Shown here piece after piece: positions 1 through 15,651 of a stretch of 64,000 nt of DNA. Position numbers and translations under genes: made by a program. The notes under the pieces are model-generated. The model was not told where the DNA came from. It searched no databases and worked only from the letters and a program-made list of their open reading frames with translations. Every line of letters begins with the position of its first letter. The first letter of the stretch is position 1. This DNA comes from Octopus vulgaris (taxonomy: Eukaryota), in NCBI GenBank assembly GCA_951406725.2, contig OX597842.1:496001-560000 (forward strand). Reading direction: 5' to 3'.

Positions 1-283
1 AGACAGAGGAAAAAAATCGCTGGTGGTACTCACGAGGTCACATATATATATATTTATGTGTGTATGTGTCTGTGTTTGTGTTTGTCCCTCCACCATTGCT
101 TGACAATTGATGCAAGTGTGTTCATGTCCCCAAAACTTAGCTGTTCAGCAAAAAAGGCCGATAAAATAACAACTAGACTTACAAAGAATAAGTCCTGGGG
201 TTGACTTCTTCAACTAAACATGGTGCTCCAGCATGGCCACAGTCAAATGACTGTAACAAGTAAAAGAAGAGAATACACGCACA

Positions 284-324
<41 letters not shown>

Positions 325-339
325 GCACACGTATATACA

Positions 340-765
340 TATTTCTTTATTGCCCACAGGGGGCTAAAGATAGAGGGGACAAACAAGGACAGACAAAGGC
401 ATTAAGTTGATTACATCGACCCCAGAGCGTGACTGGTACTTTTTAATCGACCCCAGTGTGTAACAGGTACTTATTTAATCAACCCCGAAAGGATGAAAGG
501 CAAAGTTGACCTTGGCGGAATTTGAACTCAGAATGTAACGGCAGACGAAATACCTATTTCTTTACTACCCACAAGGGGTTAAACACAGAGGGGACAAACA
601 AGGACAGACATAGGTATTAAGTCGATTACATCTACCCCAGTGCGTAACTGGTACTTAATTTATCGACCCCGAAAGGATGAAAGGCAAAGTCGACCTTGGC
701 GGAATTTGAACTCACAACGTAACGGCAGATGAAATACCGCTAAGTATTTCACCCGGCATGCTTAC
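340..765 (-). mobile_element. tRNA-derived SINE family B (MetaSINE-like), tandem partial units
   Basis: Reverse complement contains GCCTTTCATCCTTTCGGGGTCGATAAATTAAGTACCAG, resembling the Meta domain; body repeated twice; many other copies in the window. Confidence 0.8.
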
Positions 766-904
766 ACACAAACACACATATACACACAGCTTCTTCAACA
801 ATCATAAGAAAATACTTCTTAACCTATCAAAATTTTATTTCCATTTCCATTCTCAAAAAAAAAAAAAAAAAAATCCAAAACCTTCCTAAAAACAAACCAT
901 TACC

Positions 905-3745
<2,841 letters not shown>

Positions 3746-4164
3746 AAGCACACGGCACCATCAGTGTTGAACGCACCAACGCCTGTTCTTTTACTTGAAG
3801 AGAGAAGTTTTTGCAATCTTCTTGGAATTAGCAAGAAAGAAAGAAAAGAGAAGAAAAAGGAAAGGAAGAGAGAAAGAAAGAACGAGAAACAAAGAAGGAG
3901 AAAAAAAGAAAGATAGAAAAATGGGAAAGAACAGAAAAAAGAAGGAAAGAAAAGAAAGAAAGAAAGGAAGAATGAAAATAACTCTTTTAAGAAAAAAACG
4001 AAGAATTTTTTTTTCCAAAAGACGGTTTTTTAAAATTTTTATATATCTGTTTTTTTCTAGTTTTGTTTTGTAATTTGTTTTTATGATTATATTTTGATTG
4101 ATATTAAAATTTGAGTCTTTGAAACAGGAAAAAAAAAAAAAAAATCACTCATTAAAAAGAACGA

Positions 4165-4195
4165 CTCTCATTATCATTAGCATTATTATTATCAC

Positions 4196-4226
<31 letters not shown>

Positions 4227-4233
4227 TTTACTA

Positions 4234-4264
<31 letters not shown>

Positions 4265-4495
4265 TATTATCATTATTATTATTATTATTATTTTTACTAT
4301 TATTATAATTATTATTATTTCTATCATTATCTTCGTTAATATTAATCTTTATTGTCATTTACTAATTATTAATATTGTAATATATCATTACCATCACCAC
4401 CATCACCATCACCAACACCAACAACAACACCATCACCAACATCTTCATGATGAGCACCATTACTACTGCCACCACCACCACCACCACCACCATAT
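4165..4495. repeat. (ATT)n followed by (CAC)n trinucleotide repeats
   Basis: Directly visible. Confidence 0.95.
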
Positions 4496-4577
4496 TAGTC
4501 ATCATCTTCATTTAGTCATTATTCTTACTAGCAGAGATACCCGGCCTTGCTCGGGATTAAAATGGCATAGATTTTTT

Positions 4578-4845
4578 ATTGTTTGACTTGTTTCAGTCAT
4601 GTGACTGCGGCAATGCTGGAGCACCACCGTTGGTTGACGAAATTGACCACAAGATTTAGTCTTTGTAAGCCTAGTACTCATTCTGTCAGTGTCTTTTACC
4701 AAACCGCTAAGTTATAGGAATGTAAACACAGCAACATCAGTTGTCAAGCAATGGTGGGGGGACAAACACAAGACACACAGACACATATACATATATACGA
4801 CAGGCTTCATTTAGTTTCCGGGTATGAAATCCACTCAAGCCATTT
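4578..4845 (-). mobile_element. SINE family A, partial
   Basis: Reverse complement of the family A 3' part (tgctccagcat...gcagtc...tgactgaaacaag). Confidence 0.8.
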
Positions 4846-5050
4846 TGGCACAAAATGAGGACATACTGATACACACACACACGGACATTTTCAGTTTTAA
4901 TATGTAAGATTATTCTAAGTTTATGTTCTGAGTTCAAATTCTGCCAGTGTTTTTGACTTTGACTTTTAACATTTTGGGGTCAATAAAATAAACACCAGTT
5001 GAGCATTGGGGGTTGATGTAATTAACTTGCAGCTAATAACAATAATAAAT

Positions 5051-5250
5051 CCTGCGGATCCATGGAATAAGCTGCCAGACGAGATAGTGAAGATGCCGAC
5101 GACTGCTCAGTTCAAAGTCTCTCTTGGCCAGAAATGGCCTGAACTCTTTGCATGAACACCCTCCCTGTACATAACTCCATGTCCCCCTACATAGCCTTGC
5201 TTTTTGCTTTTTGAGCCAAAAAATTAACTTAACTAACTTAACTTAACTAA
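5051..5250 (+). mobile_element. 3' end of a CR1/L2-group LINE
   Basis: 5054-5155 translates ADPWNKLPDEIVKMPTTAQFKVSLGQKWPELFA*, matching the WNxLP...FK ORF2 C-terminal pattern; short 3' UTR and (AACTT/AACT)n tail. Confidence 0.75.
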
Positions 5251-5805
5251 ATGCCCTGATGCAGTACCAGGCAGTGGCTCTCGTGGCTCCTGATCTTAAT
5301 TGATTGGAAGTGTTATCATGTACATTGTTTTGTCTTGGTATATGGAAGTACTCCGTCGGTTACGACGATGAGGGTTCCGATTGATCCGAATCAACGGAAC
5401 AGCCTGCTCGTGAAATTAACGTGTAAGTGGCTGAGCACTCCACAGACACGTGCACCCTTAACGTAGTTCTCGGGGATATTCAGCGTGACACAGAGAGAGT
5501 GACAAGTCCCCTTGAAATACAGGTACAACAGAAACAGGAAGTAAGAGTGAGAGAAAGTTGTGGTGAAAGAGTACAGCAGGGATCACCACCATCCCCTGCC
5601 GGAGCCTCGTGGAGCTTTTAGGTTTTTTCGCTCAATAAACACTCACAACGCCCGGTCTGGGAATCAAAACCGCGATCCTATGACTGTGAATCCACTGCCC
5701 TAACCACTGGGCCATTGCGCTTCCACTGTCTTGGTATAAAAGATGGGCTACAGCAAATCTTCTGCTCAATACCACAGATTTGCTTATCAGTTGTTTGACC
5801 ATAAC
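5249..5805 (+). mobile_element. Family E (TAA)n-associated non-coding element, 5' part, interrupted by a SINE
   Basis: Matches the reverse complement of about 58240-58405; split by the 5343-5726 insertion. Confidence 0.75.
5343..5726 (-). mobile_element. tRNA-derived SINE family C, full length with 12-bp target-site duplication
   Basis: Head TGGCCCAGTGG (A box) ... GGTTTTGATTCCC (B-box-like); flanking direct repeat TGTCTTGGTATA at 5331-5342 and 5727-5738. Confidence 0.9.
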
Positions 5806-6051
5806 CATATAGGAGAGTATTGTAGTTCTCTTGAAGCATTGTGCATTGTTTGTAAAGAATAAGAAGTTTTGAATGGTACAACAAAGCACTATAATACAGA
5901 CAATGGGTTATTTACCTGTTGTAATTTAACCATACATAGTCTGATGATATTTTGGAATAAAATTCCTTCTTCCATTCAAAACTTTTTATTCTTTAACCAT
6001 ATTATTATTATTATCATCATCATTATTATTATTATTATCATTATCATTATG

Positions 6052-6467
6052 ATTGAGTGAGAGAGCAGTGCATGCCATCAAAGTGACACTGGGGTAAAAT
6101 ATACGAAGCCCAGTATACCCATCATGACTACCCGTCTGATAAGGGTACACCAGGCACATGCATCACAACCATATGTGCACGACATGGTGATCACATATCA
6201 AGATAAACAGCACATGACCTTGCAGGTGGGGCCCAGTTAGAATTTTCTTCTGGTTGAGTAGCCCATCCCGCTCAAAAGGTCCCTGAATAAGGGTTGTTTA
6301 AGGATGTTGTACAAAACACCCATGTTTCCAGAGGTGAACTATTCAAACCCCAAAGAATCCCTCTCAACACATGGCTATGATGCTCCCCCACTACTTCTGC
6401 TTGTGATCAGAGATGCACATATCGTCAGCCACTAAGGGATATAATCAACTGGTTACGGTCAAACAAC

Positions 6468-6468
<1 letters not shown>
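6052..6468 (-). mobile_element. Family E element, 5'-truncated, embedded in (TAA)n
   Basis: Near-identical to 57848-58260; ATT repeats on both sides. Confidence 0.85.
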
Positions 6469-6500
<32 letters not shown>

Positions 6501-6729
6501 GGTAGTGAGCTGGCAGGATCGTTAGCATATTAAACAAAATTAGCGGTATTTCATTTGTTTTCATGTTCTGAGGTCAAATTCACCCGCAGTCGACTTTGCC
6601 TTTAACCCTTTCAGGGGTCAATAAAATAAGTACGAAATGAACACTGGGTTGCCTCGTACAAAAATTTTAAACCAATATTTCATGACTCCATGTGAATGTA
6701 CGGCCATGCTACAGCACATTCCTAATCCT

Positions 6730-8450
6730 TTTATTTCCCCTCTTTTTCTCTTTCTCTCTCCAAGCTGTCTGCCTTGTTTCTTTTCCTTGCCTTCCTTCCT
6801 CCCCTTTCTTCATTTCATCCTCTCCCTTTCTCTCATTCTCTCTTCCTCTCTCCCTACCACTCCCTATCTGTCTCTCACACTTACTCTCTCCTGTGCTCTA
6901 TCTCCCTCTCTATTACCCTGTCTCTTTCTCTCTCTCTCCCAATCACACACTTTCCCTTTCTTTATCACCCTCCCTCTCAATCTCTCTCCCTTTCTCTCTT
7001 CCCCTCTACTTCCTTCCTCCTACCTCCATACTTCCCTGCTTTTTCTCCCTCTCTCTTTTCCTCTATATCCATCTCTCTTCCTCCCTCCCTCCCTTCCTCT
7101 CTATACTCCATCACTACTATCTTCCTTCCTTCCACCCACCAGCCTTCCTCTCCTCTGCCTCCTCTCTCTCATCCATACCCTTATCCTGCCACTTTTCCTC
7201 CCTCCCCTTCCTTGACTGACTTTCTCCTCCTCCTCCTCTCTCCATCTCTATGAAATCATCTGCCTCACCAACATCATCACCACCTAAACTAACCAACTGC
7301 CATCACCATCACCACCATCACCACCACCACCACCACCACCAATGTTACTTCTTCCTCTACCACCACCACTACCACTTCCTCCACTACCACACTATCACCA
7401 CCACCAACACCACCACTACCATACACGCCACCAGAAACTTCCCTATCGTGCCCACCTCCACTGATTAGATAACCTCCAGCCCTCCAATGACCTCCACCTC
7501 CAGACATTTCACCACAGTCATGTCCACCCCCAACACTATAACACCACCATTTCTATAGACCCTCCCCATCACTTCACTCTATCCTCAACCAAGAGAAGAG
7601 CCTCCATCACCTACATTACCTCATCCATCACCACCACCACAACCAGACACGCCAGCCACCAATGCCATGCCCACCTCCACCACAACAATACCCTTCTACT
7701 CCAGTAGCCTCCATCACCACCACCAGAAACTTCCCTATCATGCCCACCTCTACTGCTGAAATAACCTCCAGCCCTCCAATGACCTCCACCACCAGACATT
7801 TCACCACAGTCATGACTACCTCCAACACTATGACTCCACCATTTCCATAGACTCCCCCATCACTTCACTCTATCCTCAACCAAGAGAAGAGCCTCCATCA
7901 CCTCCATTACCTCCTCCACCACCACTGCCACACTCACCTCTCTCAATCTCATCCTCTCTTCCTCCTTCCCTCTTACTGTCTCTCTCACTCATACTCTCCT
8001 GCACTGTCCCCCTCCCTCTCCATTACTCAATCTCTCTATCGTTCTTACCTCTCACTCACTCTCTCCCCCTCAATCTCCTTCCCTCTCTATCATCCTCACT
8101 CTGGTTGTCTGTCTGTGCATCTTTCTCAATCGCTCACTCTTTCCTTCTCTTTATCTCCCTCTTTACCTCGTTAACTCCCTCTTTCTCTTTATCTCTCTCC
8201 TTCACTTTATCTCTTTATCTCCCTCTTTATCCCTTTCTCTCCCTCCTTCTCTTTATCTCCCTCCTTCTCTTTATCTCTCTCTTTCTCTCCCTCCTTCTCT
8301 CTATCTCTTTATCTCCCTCTTTATCCCTTTCTCTCCCTCCTTCTCTTTATCTCTTTATCTCCCTCCTTCTCTTTATCTCCCTCTTTATCTCTTTATCTCC
8401 CTCCCATTCCATCTCGCTCCCTTTTGCTCTCTATCTCTCTCTTTCTATTA
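6730..8450. repeat. Polypyrimidine (CT-rich) and CAC-rich low-complexity region with an internal ~195-bp direct duplication
   Basis: CT tracts 6730-7250 and 7930-8450; 7428-7625 is repeated at 7721-7915. Confidence 0.85.
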
Positions 8451-9320
8451 GTCTTACCACCATTCCACACTACCTCCTCTGCCACAACTAACACAGCATC
8501 ATCCACCACCAGCAACAACTACAACAACACAAAAACTATTTATCAAGAACACTGAACTTCAAAAGTGAAAAAATAAAATTGCCACAAAGAATCAAAGAAA
8601 AAAAAAGAACAAAAACTACAAAAAAAAAAACAAACAAAAAAACCCTAAGACATTACAAGATATTTTTTAAGAACCGCAAAACAAAACCAAGCATCGGTTG
8701 GAAAGATCCAAAAGAACTAAATTTATAGATATTAGTTAATAAAATAAAGAAAAATGAAGAAATATAAAAAAATATAAAATAGATATAAAAAAAACAGGAT
8801 ACAAGAGAAACCTGCTGAAGAAATAGTCATATTACCATGACAAATAAGTCTCAAAGAATCAACTCTACCATGTTAAAGAACTGACAAATTAGCCTGCAGT
8901 TTGGAAAACTTCAAATTTTTAGTGGCACGGCTTCAGATTCTACTTTCACTTTCACAATGTGCGATTTGTTTTTTTATTTATATCTATTTATTCTATTCAT
9001 ATATTTCCTTTATATATTCATGCATATTCATTTATATATAGATTTATATGTGTGTATATATGCTTCTGTTTTATTTTGTGTTCTTTAATGTTTGTTTTTT
9101 TGCTTGCTTTTTGATTTGCGTCTTCGGTACAGGATATTTCGATTGTGAATTGCAGAGCGTGATACTCAAGAAGAGATGCTGGGCGTCTGGTTAGCTGGTT
9201 GGTTATGTGTTTGAAGAAAACTTGATTGAAAAGTCCACTGCAGTCAAAATTACACTGCCAATAATCTGTGGTATATATATATATATATATATATAACGGA
9301 TGCTAAACGATGATGATGAT

Positions 9321-9880
9321 ATGGAGGTGCAATGGCCCAGTGGTTCGGGCAGCAGATTCGCGGTTTCGATTCCCAAACCGGGCATTGTGTGTGTTTATCG
9401 AGCAAAAACACCTAAAGCTCCACGAGGCTCCGGCAGGGGTTGGTGGCGGTCCCTGCTGTACTCTTTCGCCACAACTTTCTCTCACTCTTTTTTCCTGTTT
9501 CTTGAGTAACACTGCAATGGACTGGCATCCCTTCCCTGTGTGGCATCTTGGGCAAGTGTCTTCTGCTATAGCCCCGGGCCGACCAATGCCTTGTGAATGG
9601 ATTTGGTAGACGAAAACTGAAAGAAGCCTGTCATATATATGTATATATATGTATGTATGTGTGTGGGTTTGTGTGTCTGTGTTTGTCCCCCTAGCATTGC
9701 TTGACAAGCGATGCTGGTGTGTTTATGTCCCCGTCACTTAGCGGTTCGGCAAAAGAGACCGATAGAATAAGTACTGGGCTTACAAAGAATAAGTCCCGGG
9801 GTCGAGTTGCTCGACTAAAGGTGGTGCTCCAGGATGGCCGCAGTCAAATGACTGAAACAAGTAAAAGAGTAAAAGAGTAA
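9321..9880 (+). mobile_element. SINE family C joined to a headless SINE family A
   Basis: Family C head and body 9321-9535, then family A from gtggcatcttgggcaag to the (AGTAAAAG)n tail. Confidence 0.8.
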
Positions 9881-9886
9881 GAGTAT

Positions 9887-10198
9887 ATGGAGGTGCAATG
9901 GCCCAGTGGTTAGGGCAGCGGACTCGCGGTCGTAGGATCACGGTTTCGATTCCCAAACCGGGCGTTGTGTGTGTTTATCGAGCGAAAACACCTAAAGCTC
10001 CACGAGGCTCCGGCAGGGGTTGGTGGCGGTCCCTGCTGTACTCTTTCGCCATAACTTTCTCTCACTCTTTCTTCTGTTGGCCTGCTCGCTTAGCCAGCGG
10101 GGTGGCGTCATTTGAAGGCTAAAACAATGCAAAGCGCATTGTGACCAGCGATGTGTAGCAACATCTGATAGCCTGGTTGGTCACGGTGGTCACGGTGA
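9887..10198 (+). mobile_element. SINE family C with an alternative 3' tail
   Basis: Same head and body as 9321; different tail ending in GGTCACGGT repeats. Confidence 0.85.
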
Positions 10199-10217
10199 TA
10201 TATATATATATATATAT

Positions 10218-10635
10218 AGGCGCAGGAGTGGCTGTGTGGTAAGTAGCTTGCTAACCAACCACATGATACTGGGTTCAGTCCCACTGCGGGGCATCTTGGG
10301 CAAAGTGTCTTCTGCTATAGCCCCGGGCCGACCAATGCCTTGTGAGTGGATTTGGTAGACGGAAACTGAAAGAAGCCTGTTGTATATATGTATATATATG
10401 TATATGTATGTGGATATGTTTGTGTGTCTGTGTTTGTCCCCCTAGCATTGCTTGACAACCGATGCTGGTATGTTTACATCCCTGTAATTTAGCGGTTCGG
10501 CAAAAGAGACCGATAGAATAAGTACTGGGCTTACAAAGAATAAGTCCCAGGGTCGATTTGCTCGACTAAAGGCGGTGCTCCAGCATGGCTGCAGTCAAAT
10601 GACTGAAACAAGTTAAAGAGTAAGAGAGAGAGAGA
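10218..10635 (+). mobile_element. tRNA-derived SINE family A (CORE-like), full length
   Basis: A box TGGCTGTGTGG, B box GGTTCAGTCCC, CORE-like CTTGGGCAA...GTGTCTT, internal TA/TG microsatellite, purine-rich tail; more than 25 copies in the window. Confidence 0.9.
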
Positions 10636-10975
10636 GTACAAAGTAAGATAGGGGTTATGAAAGTAACCCACTATGGGATATCAGTTATCCAATATACTGC
10701 TGGTAAAGCACCCAAATGCCAAATACATAAATGCTTACAATTGCAATGCAGTTAATTCATTTATTGTATCGGATGGGCGAAGGTAAAATATTTTACCGTT
10801 AATTCATAATACAAATAAGAAAATGGAGAAACAAATTCATTTCGATGATCAACTTACGGATATTACCATTTCATAATATTTATTAATTATACAAATGGGA
10901 ACATTAAAATCGAACAAAACAATATACATCAATATGTAAAATAATAATAAAATAAAAATAATACAAATAAACTGC

Positions 10976-11107
10976 TCCTTACAGCTGTTTCAGCCTATGG
11001 TCAAAAGTCAATCCAACTTAATTTGCCAATAGATGCCATTGTAACATAGTCCTAGGCATTAAAGATTATATTTGTATGTTTAAATAACGAAAGGCCTCGT
11101 CAGAGGA
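10976..11107 (-). ncRNA. Type I minimal hammerhead ribozyme motif with 95-nt loop 2
   Basis: Minus strand reads TCCT-CTGACGA-GGCCT-[95 nt]-AGGCT-GAAA-CAGCTG-TA-AGGA: stem I TCCT/AGGA, intact core, stem II, palindromic ACAGCTGT stem III, GUA cleavage triplet. Confidence 0.8.
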
Positions 11108-11169
11108 TATACATAACTAGAAAAGTATAATAATAATAATATTGCTATATAAAAAACAAAGAAAATAAA

Positions 11170-11324
11170 TAGTTGGTGTTAGGAAGGACATCCAGCTGTA
11201 GAAATACTGCCAGATCAGACTGGAGCCTGGTGCAGCCTCCTGGCTTCCCAGACCCCGTTTGAGCTGTCCAGTCCAACCCATGCTAGTATCGAAAACAGAC
11301 GTTAAACAATGATGATGATGATGA
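11170..11324 (+). mobile_element. Family D: RTE-type LINE 3' UTR with (GAT)n tail
   Basis: gttaggaagg.catccagctgtagaaa...aacccatgctag...gacgttaaac(gat)n; linked to RTE-like C-terminal codons at 43890-44190. Confidence 0.75.
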
Positions 11325-11350
11325 TATACACACATATACATATATATATA

Positions 11351-11665
11351 TAACGGGAAGCTTTATGAAAATAGACAAAAGACGAAGGCAGGTTTACGGA
11401 AATAAACAAAAGACGAAGGCAGGTGGAATAAAAACAAACAATTGTATTAGTATGGCACTCAGGAATAGAAATAAAACAAGTCTTTAACAGAAAGATACAC
11501 AGAGAAAAAAAACACAGAAAGAAGGAGAGAAAAAAATATGCGTGCAGAGGCTAGCGAATCAACATGGCGATCTGATTTCGGCCAGAAGTCAAAGATCAAA
11601 CGTGAGACGCAAGAGCGAAATTAGGGGAGATAATAGGGTTAAATGACCTCACTCCAACATAAGAG
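11351..11665 (-). mobile_element. Probable Penelope-like element remnant, related to 16690-16800
   Basis: Shares ctttctgttaaaga...gag...ctaataca with the 16.7 kb copy; flanked by TA/TG microsatellite. Confidence 0.45.
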
Positions 11666-11719
11666 TGTGTGTGTGTGTATGAGAAGAGTGTGTGTGTGTG
11701 TATGAGAGAGTATATATAT

Positions 11720-12114
11720 AGGCGCAGGAGTGGCTGTGTGGTAAGTAGCTTGTTTACCAACCACGTGGTTCCAGTTTCAGTCCCACTGCGTGGCACCTTC
11801 TACTATAGCCTCGGGCCAACCAAAGCCTTGTGAGTGGATTTGGTAGACGGAACCTGAAAGAAGCCCGTCGTATATATGTATATATATATATACGTGTGTG
11901 TGTGTGTGCATGTATGTTTGTCTGTGTTTGTCCCCCTAGCATTGCTTGACAACCGATGCTGATGTGTTTATGTCCCTGTCAGTTCAGCAAAAGACACCAA
12001 TAGATTAAGTACTGGGCTTACAAAGAATAAGTCCCGGGGTCGAGTTGCTCGATTAAAGGCAGTGCTCCAGCATGGCCACAGTCAAATGACTGAAACAAGT
12101 AAAAAAGTAAAAGA

Positions 12115-12115
<1 letters not shown>
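11720..12115 (+). mobile_element. SINE family A, near full length
   Basis: Head ggcgcaggagtggctgtgtgg through tail gaaacaagtaaaa. Confidence 0.9.
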
Positions 12116-12159
<44 letters not shown>

Positions 12160-12162
<3 letters not shown>

Positions 12163-12386
12163 CTTTATTTCCCACAAGGGGCTAAACACAGAGAGGACAA
12201 ACAAGGACAGACACGGATTAAGTCGATTACATCGACCCCATTGCGTAACTGGTACTTAATTTATCGACCCCGAAAGGATGAAAGGCAAAGTCGACCTCGG
12301 CGGAATTTGAACTCAGAGCGTAACGGCAGACGAAATACGGCTACTCATTTCGCCCGGCGTGCTAACGTCTCTGCCAGCTCGCCGCC
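12160..12386 (-). mobile_element. SINE family B (MetaSINE-like), full length
   Basis: Head GGCGGCGAGCTGGCAGA...GAGTTCAAATTCC (B box), Meta-like domain, tail ccttgtgggaaataaagaaa. Confidence 0.9.
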
Positions 12387-12539
12387 TGAGTATATATATA
12401 TATATGTAAAATTTGACTAGAGGTTATGTTAGCCTCATGAAGGGATGGTGTCGTTTGAGGAAATACTGGTTCAGCAGCTAACATTTTGGAGGAACAGATT
12501 TCCTTCAAATAATAGATTTTTCTCTCTCTTTCTTTCTTT

Positions 12540-12945
12540 CACTTGTTTCAGTCATTTGACTGCGGCCATGCTGGAGCACCGCCTTCTAGTCGAGAAAATC
12601 GACCCCAGGACTTATTCTTTGTAAGCCTAGTACTTATTCTATCAGTCTCTTTTGCTGAATCGCTAAGTTACGGGGACATAAACACACCAGCATCGGTTGT
12701 CAAGCAATGGTGTGGGGACAAACACAGACACACAAACATATACACACACCCACACACACACACATATATATATACATATATACGACAGGCTTCTTTCAGT
12801 TTCCATCTACCAAATCCAGTCACAAGGCTTTGGTTGGCCCTAGGCTATAGTAGAAGACACTTGCCCAAGATTCCATGCAGTGGGAATGAACCCGGAACCA
12901 TGTGGTTGGTAAGCAAGCTACTTACCACACAGCCACTCTTGCGCA
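12540..12945 (-). mobile_element. SINE family A, full length
   Basis: Reverse complement of 10218-10635. Confidence 0.9.
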
Positions 12946-12999
12946 TGGTTTGTATATAAAAAAAATAAAGTTAATATTCATATAAAGGAAGAAAAAGAA

Positions 13000-13700
13000 A
13001 ATGACAAGTGATATGCAGCGCTTGAGAAGACCTGTCAAGCCAAGTGAAATCGTAGTTGTGGCTGATGCTGGTATCACATAACTGGGACCTGTGCTGGAAG
13101 CATTGGGCTTCTTGGAGCTGAAGTATCTGAGTTCCTTTTAAGATTTGGGATTCACGGACGCAATGACCAAGACCTTTGGCATTATGTCATGCTTGAGAAG
13201 AAGCCCCATCAAACCAAGCAAAATTGTAGTCGTGGATGATGCTGGTATCATATAATTGGCTCCTGTGCCAAAAGCATTGGGTTTCCTGGGGGTAAAGTAG
13301 CTGAGTTCCTTTTGAGCGTCGGGCCTCCTGGAAGCAAATGGGCCGAGTTCTTTTCGAGTGTTGGGCCTCACGGAGGCAATGACCAAGACCTTTGGAATTA
13401 TATTATGCTTCAGAAAAAATTCCATCAAGCCAAGTAAAATCGCAGTCGTGGCAGACACCAGTGTCATGCAAATGGCACACATGCCAGTGGCACGCAAAAG
13501 CACCACAGTGTCATACAAATGGCACCTGTGCTGGTGGTACATAAAACCACCCATTTCACTCTCAGAGAGTTTGGCATTAGAAAGGGCATCCAGTTGTAGA
13601 AAACCATGCCAAATCAGACTGGGGTCTGGTGCATCCTTCCAGCCTTGGTCAAGCTGTCCAACCCATGCCAGCATGGACAGTGGACGTTAAATGATGATGG
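13000..13700 (+). mobile_element. Decayed tandem repeats of an RTE-type LINE C-terminus plus family D 3' UTR
   Basis: Three repeats of gcttgagaag...aagccaagtgaaatcgtagt; LGLTEAMT motif at 13361; (GAT)n tail at about 13695. Confidence 0.65.
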
Positions 13701-13879
13701 TCTACCAAGGACTACATCATCTAATGTACAGTACTATTAGTGGCCTTAGTTGTTCTTGTTCTTGTTGTTAACCCCAGCAGACTTATAAACCAAAATGTTC
13801 CAGCTGTGAGCATCTCATCTTTTATTCAAGCATTGTCTATCTAGGAGTACATTACCTGATGTACAGTATAGCACACCCT

Positions 13880-14288
13880 ACTCTTTTACTCTCTTTTACT
13901 CGTTTCAGTCATTTGACTGTGGCCATGCTGGAGCACCGCCTTTAATCGAGCAACTCGACCCCGGGACTTATTCTTTTGTAAGCCCAGTACTTATTCTATC
14001 GGTCTCTTTTGCCGAACCGCTAAGTAACGGGGACATAAACACACCAGCATCGATTGTCAAGCAATGCTAGGGGACAAACACAGACACACAAACACAGACA
14101 CGCATATATATATATATATATATACGACAGGCTTCTTTCAGTTTCCGTCTGCCAAATCCACTCACAAGGCTTTGGTCGGCCCGAGGCTATAGCAGAAGAC
14201 ACTTGCCTAAGGTGCCATGCAGTGGGACTGAACCCGGAACCATGTGGTTGGTAAACAAGCTACTTACCACACAGCCACTCTTGTGCCT
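13880..14288 (-). mobile_element. SINE family A, full length
   Basis: Reverse complement of the family consensus seen in the window. Confidence 0.9.
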
Positions 14289-14439
14289 GGTTAGAAATAG
14301 AACTAAAATTGCCATTGTTTCACTGTTAGTGTTGATGCTGTTGTTATTGTTTTCAGTTTTGTGGTTGTTGTTGTTGAGTTCTGATATCAGTGTTATTGTA
14401 GTTGTTATTCATACCGTTGTTCATGTTAGTACTTCAGTT

Positions 14440-15122
14440 GATGATGATGATGATTATGGTGGTGGTCGTGTTGGACATGGCGGTGATGACAACGATGATG
14501 ATGATGTTGGTAGTGATAATGCCGACGGTGATGATGATGATGATGTTCATGATTATGGTGGTGGTGGTGATGATGATGGTGGGGATAAGGACAAAGACGA
14601 TGTTGATTATGATGGTAGTGATGCTGATGATGATTTTGGTGGTGGTGGTGGTGATGGTGATGGTAATAATACTGATGCTGATGATGATGATAATGATACT
14701 GATGCGGCTACTGATGGTGATGACGGTGATGATGGTAGTGGTGATGGTGGCGATGGTGAAGATGCTTCTGCTGCTGTTGCTGTTGATGATGATGATGATG
14801 TTGGTAGTGATAATGCTGATGGTGATGATGATGTTCATGATTATGGTGGTGGTGGTGGTGATGTCAGTGATGGTGGTGATGACAACATGATAATGATGAT
14901 AATGGTGATGATGATGATGGTAGTGATGCTGGTTGTGGTGGTGGTGGTGATGATGACAATGATGATGATGGTGGTGGTGGTAATAATGCTGATGCTGATG
15001 ATAATGATACTGATGCGGCTGCTGATGGTGGTGATGATGATGATGATGATGATAGTGATAATGGCAATGATAATGATGATGGTAATGATGATGAGGATGA
15101 TGATAGGTGATGATGATGATGG

Positions 15123-15207
<85 letters not shown>

Positions 15208-15378
15208 AATGGTGATGATGATGATGATTATGAAGATGATAATGATGATGATGGTGCTGACAATAAGGGGGGTGATAATGATGCTACTGATGCTGTTGAG
15301 AGCCAAACTAAGCGTTCCATATTATTAGCCATGGCAGCCAGCATACACAAGAAGAAGAAGAAGAAGAAGAAGAAGAAG
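14440..15378. repeat. (GAT)/(GGT) trinucleotide field ending in (AAG)n, with an internal duplication
   Basis: 14495-14570 is repeated at 14790-14860; gives the spurious 393-aa Asp/Gly ORF. Confidence 0.95.
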
Positions 15379-15616
15379 CCATGAAGCAGTCATCTGTGAG
15401 TTTACGCCTTATGATTCGTACTTAGGGTTGAACAAAGTATCTCGTTCACACACACATCCATATATACACATATATACACATACATGTGCCTACATGAATG
15501 TGTTGAACAATTCTTCCTTATATAGACATATATATATGTTTGTATATTTGTGCATATGTGTATGTATATATATATGTGAATGTGTGAGTATATATATATA
15601 TATGTGAATGTGTGAG

Positions 15617-15651
<35 letters not shown>

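Noticed and set aside
5252-5320. HDV-like ribozyme at the 5' end of family E (ctctcgtggc resembles an L3/P3 motif)
   Set aside because: I could not build the P1 and P2 helices by eye; needs a descriptor search
9887-9965. tRNA gene (A and B boxes)
   Set aside because: It is the head of a multi-copy SINE; it continues into SINE body and lacks a proper acceptor stem. The same applies to family A, B and F heads
14203-15384. 393-aa Asp/Gly-rich ORF resembling an acidic biomineralisation protein
   Set aside because: Starts inside a SINE, runs through a GAT/GGT microsatellite, and switches from poly-Asp to poly-Met by frame slippage
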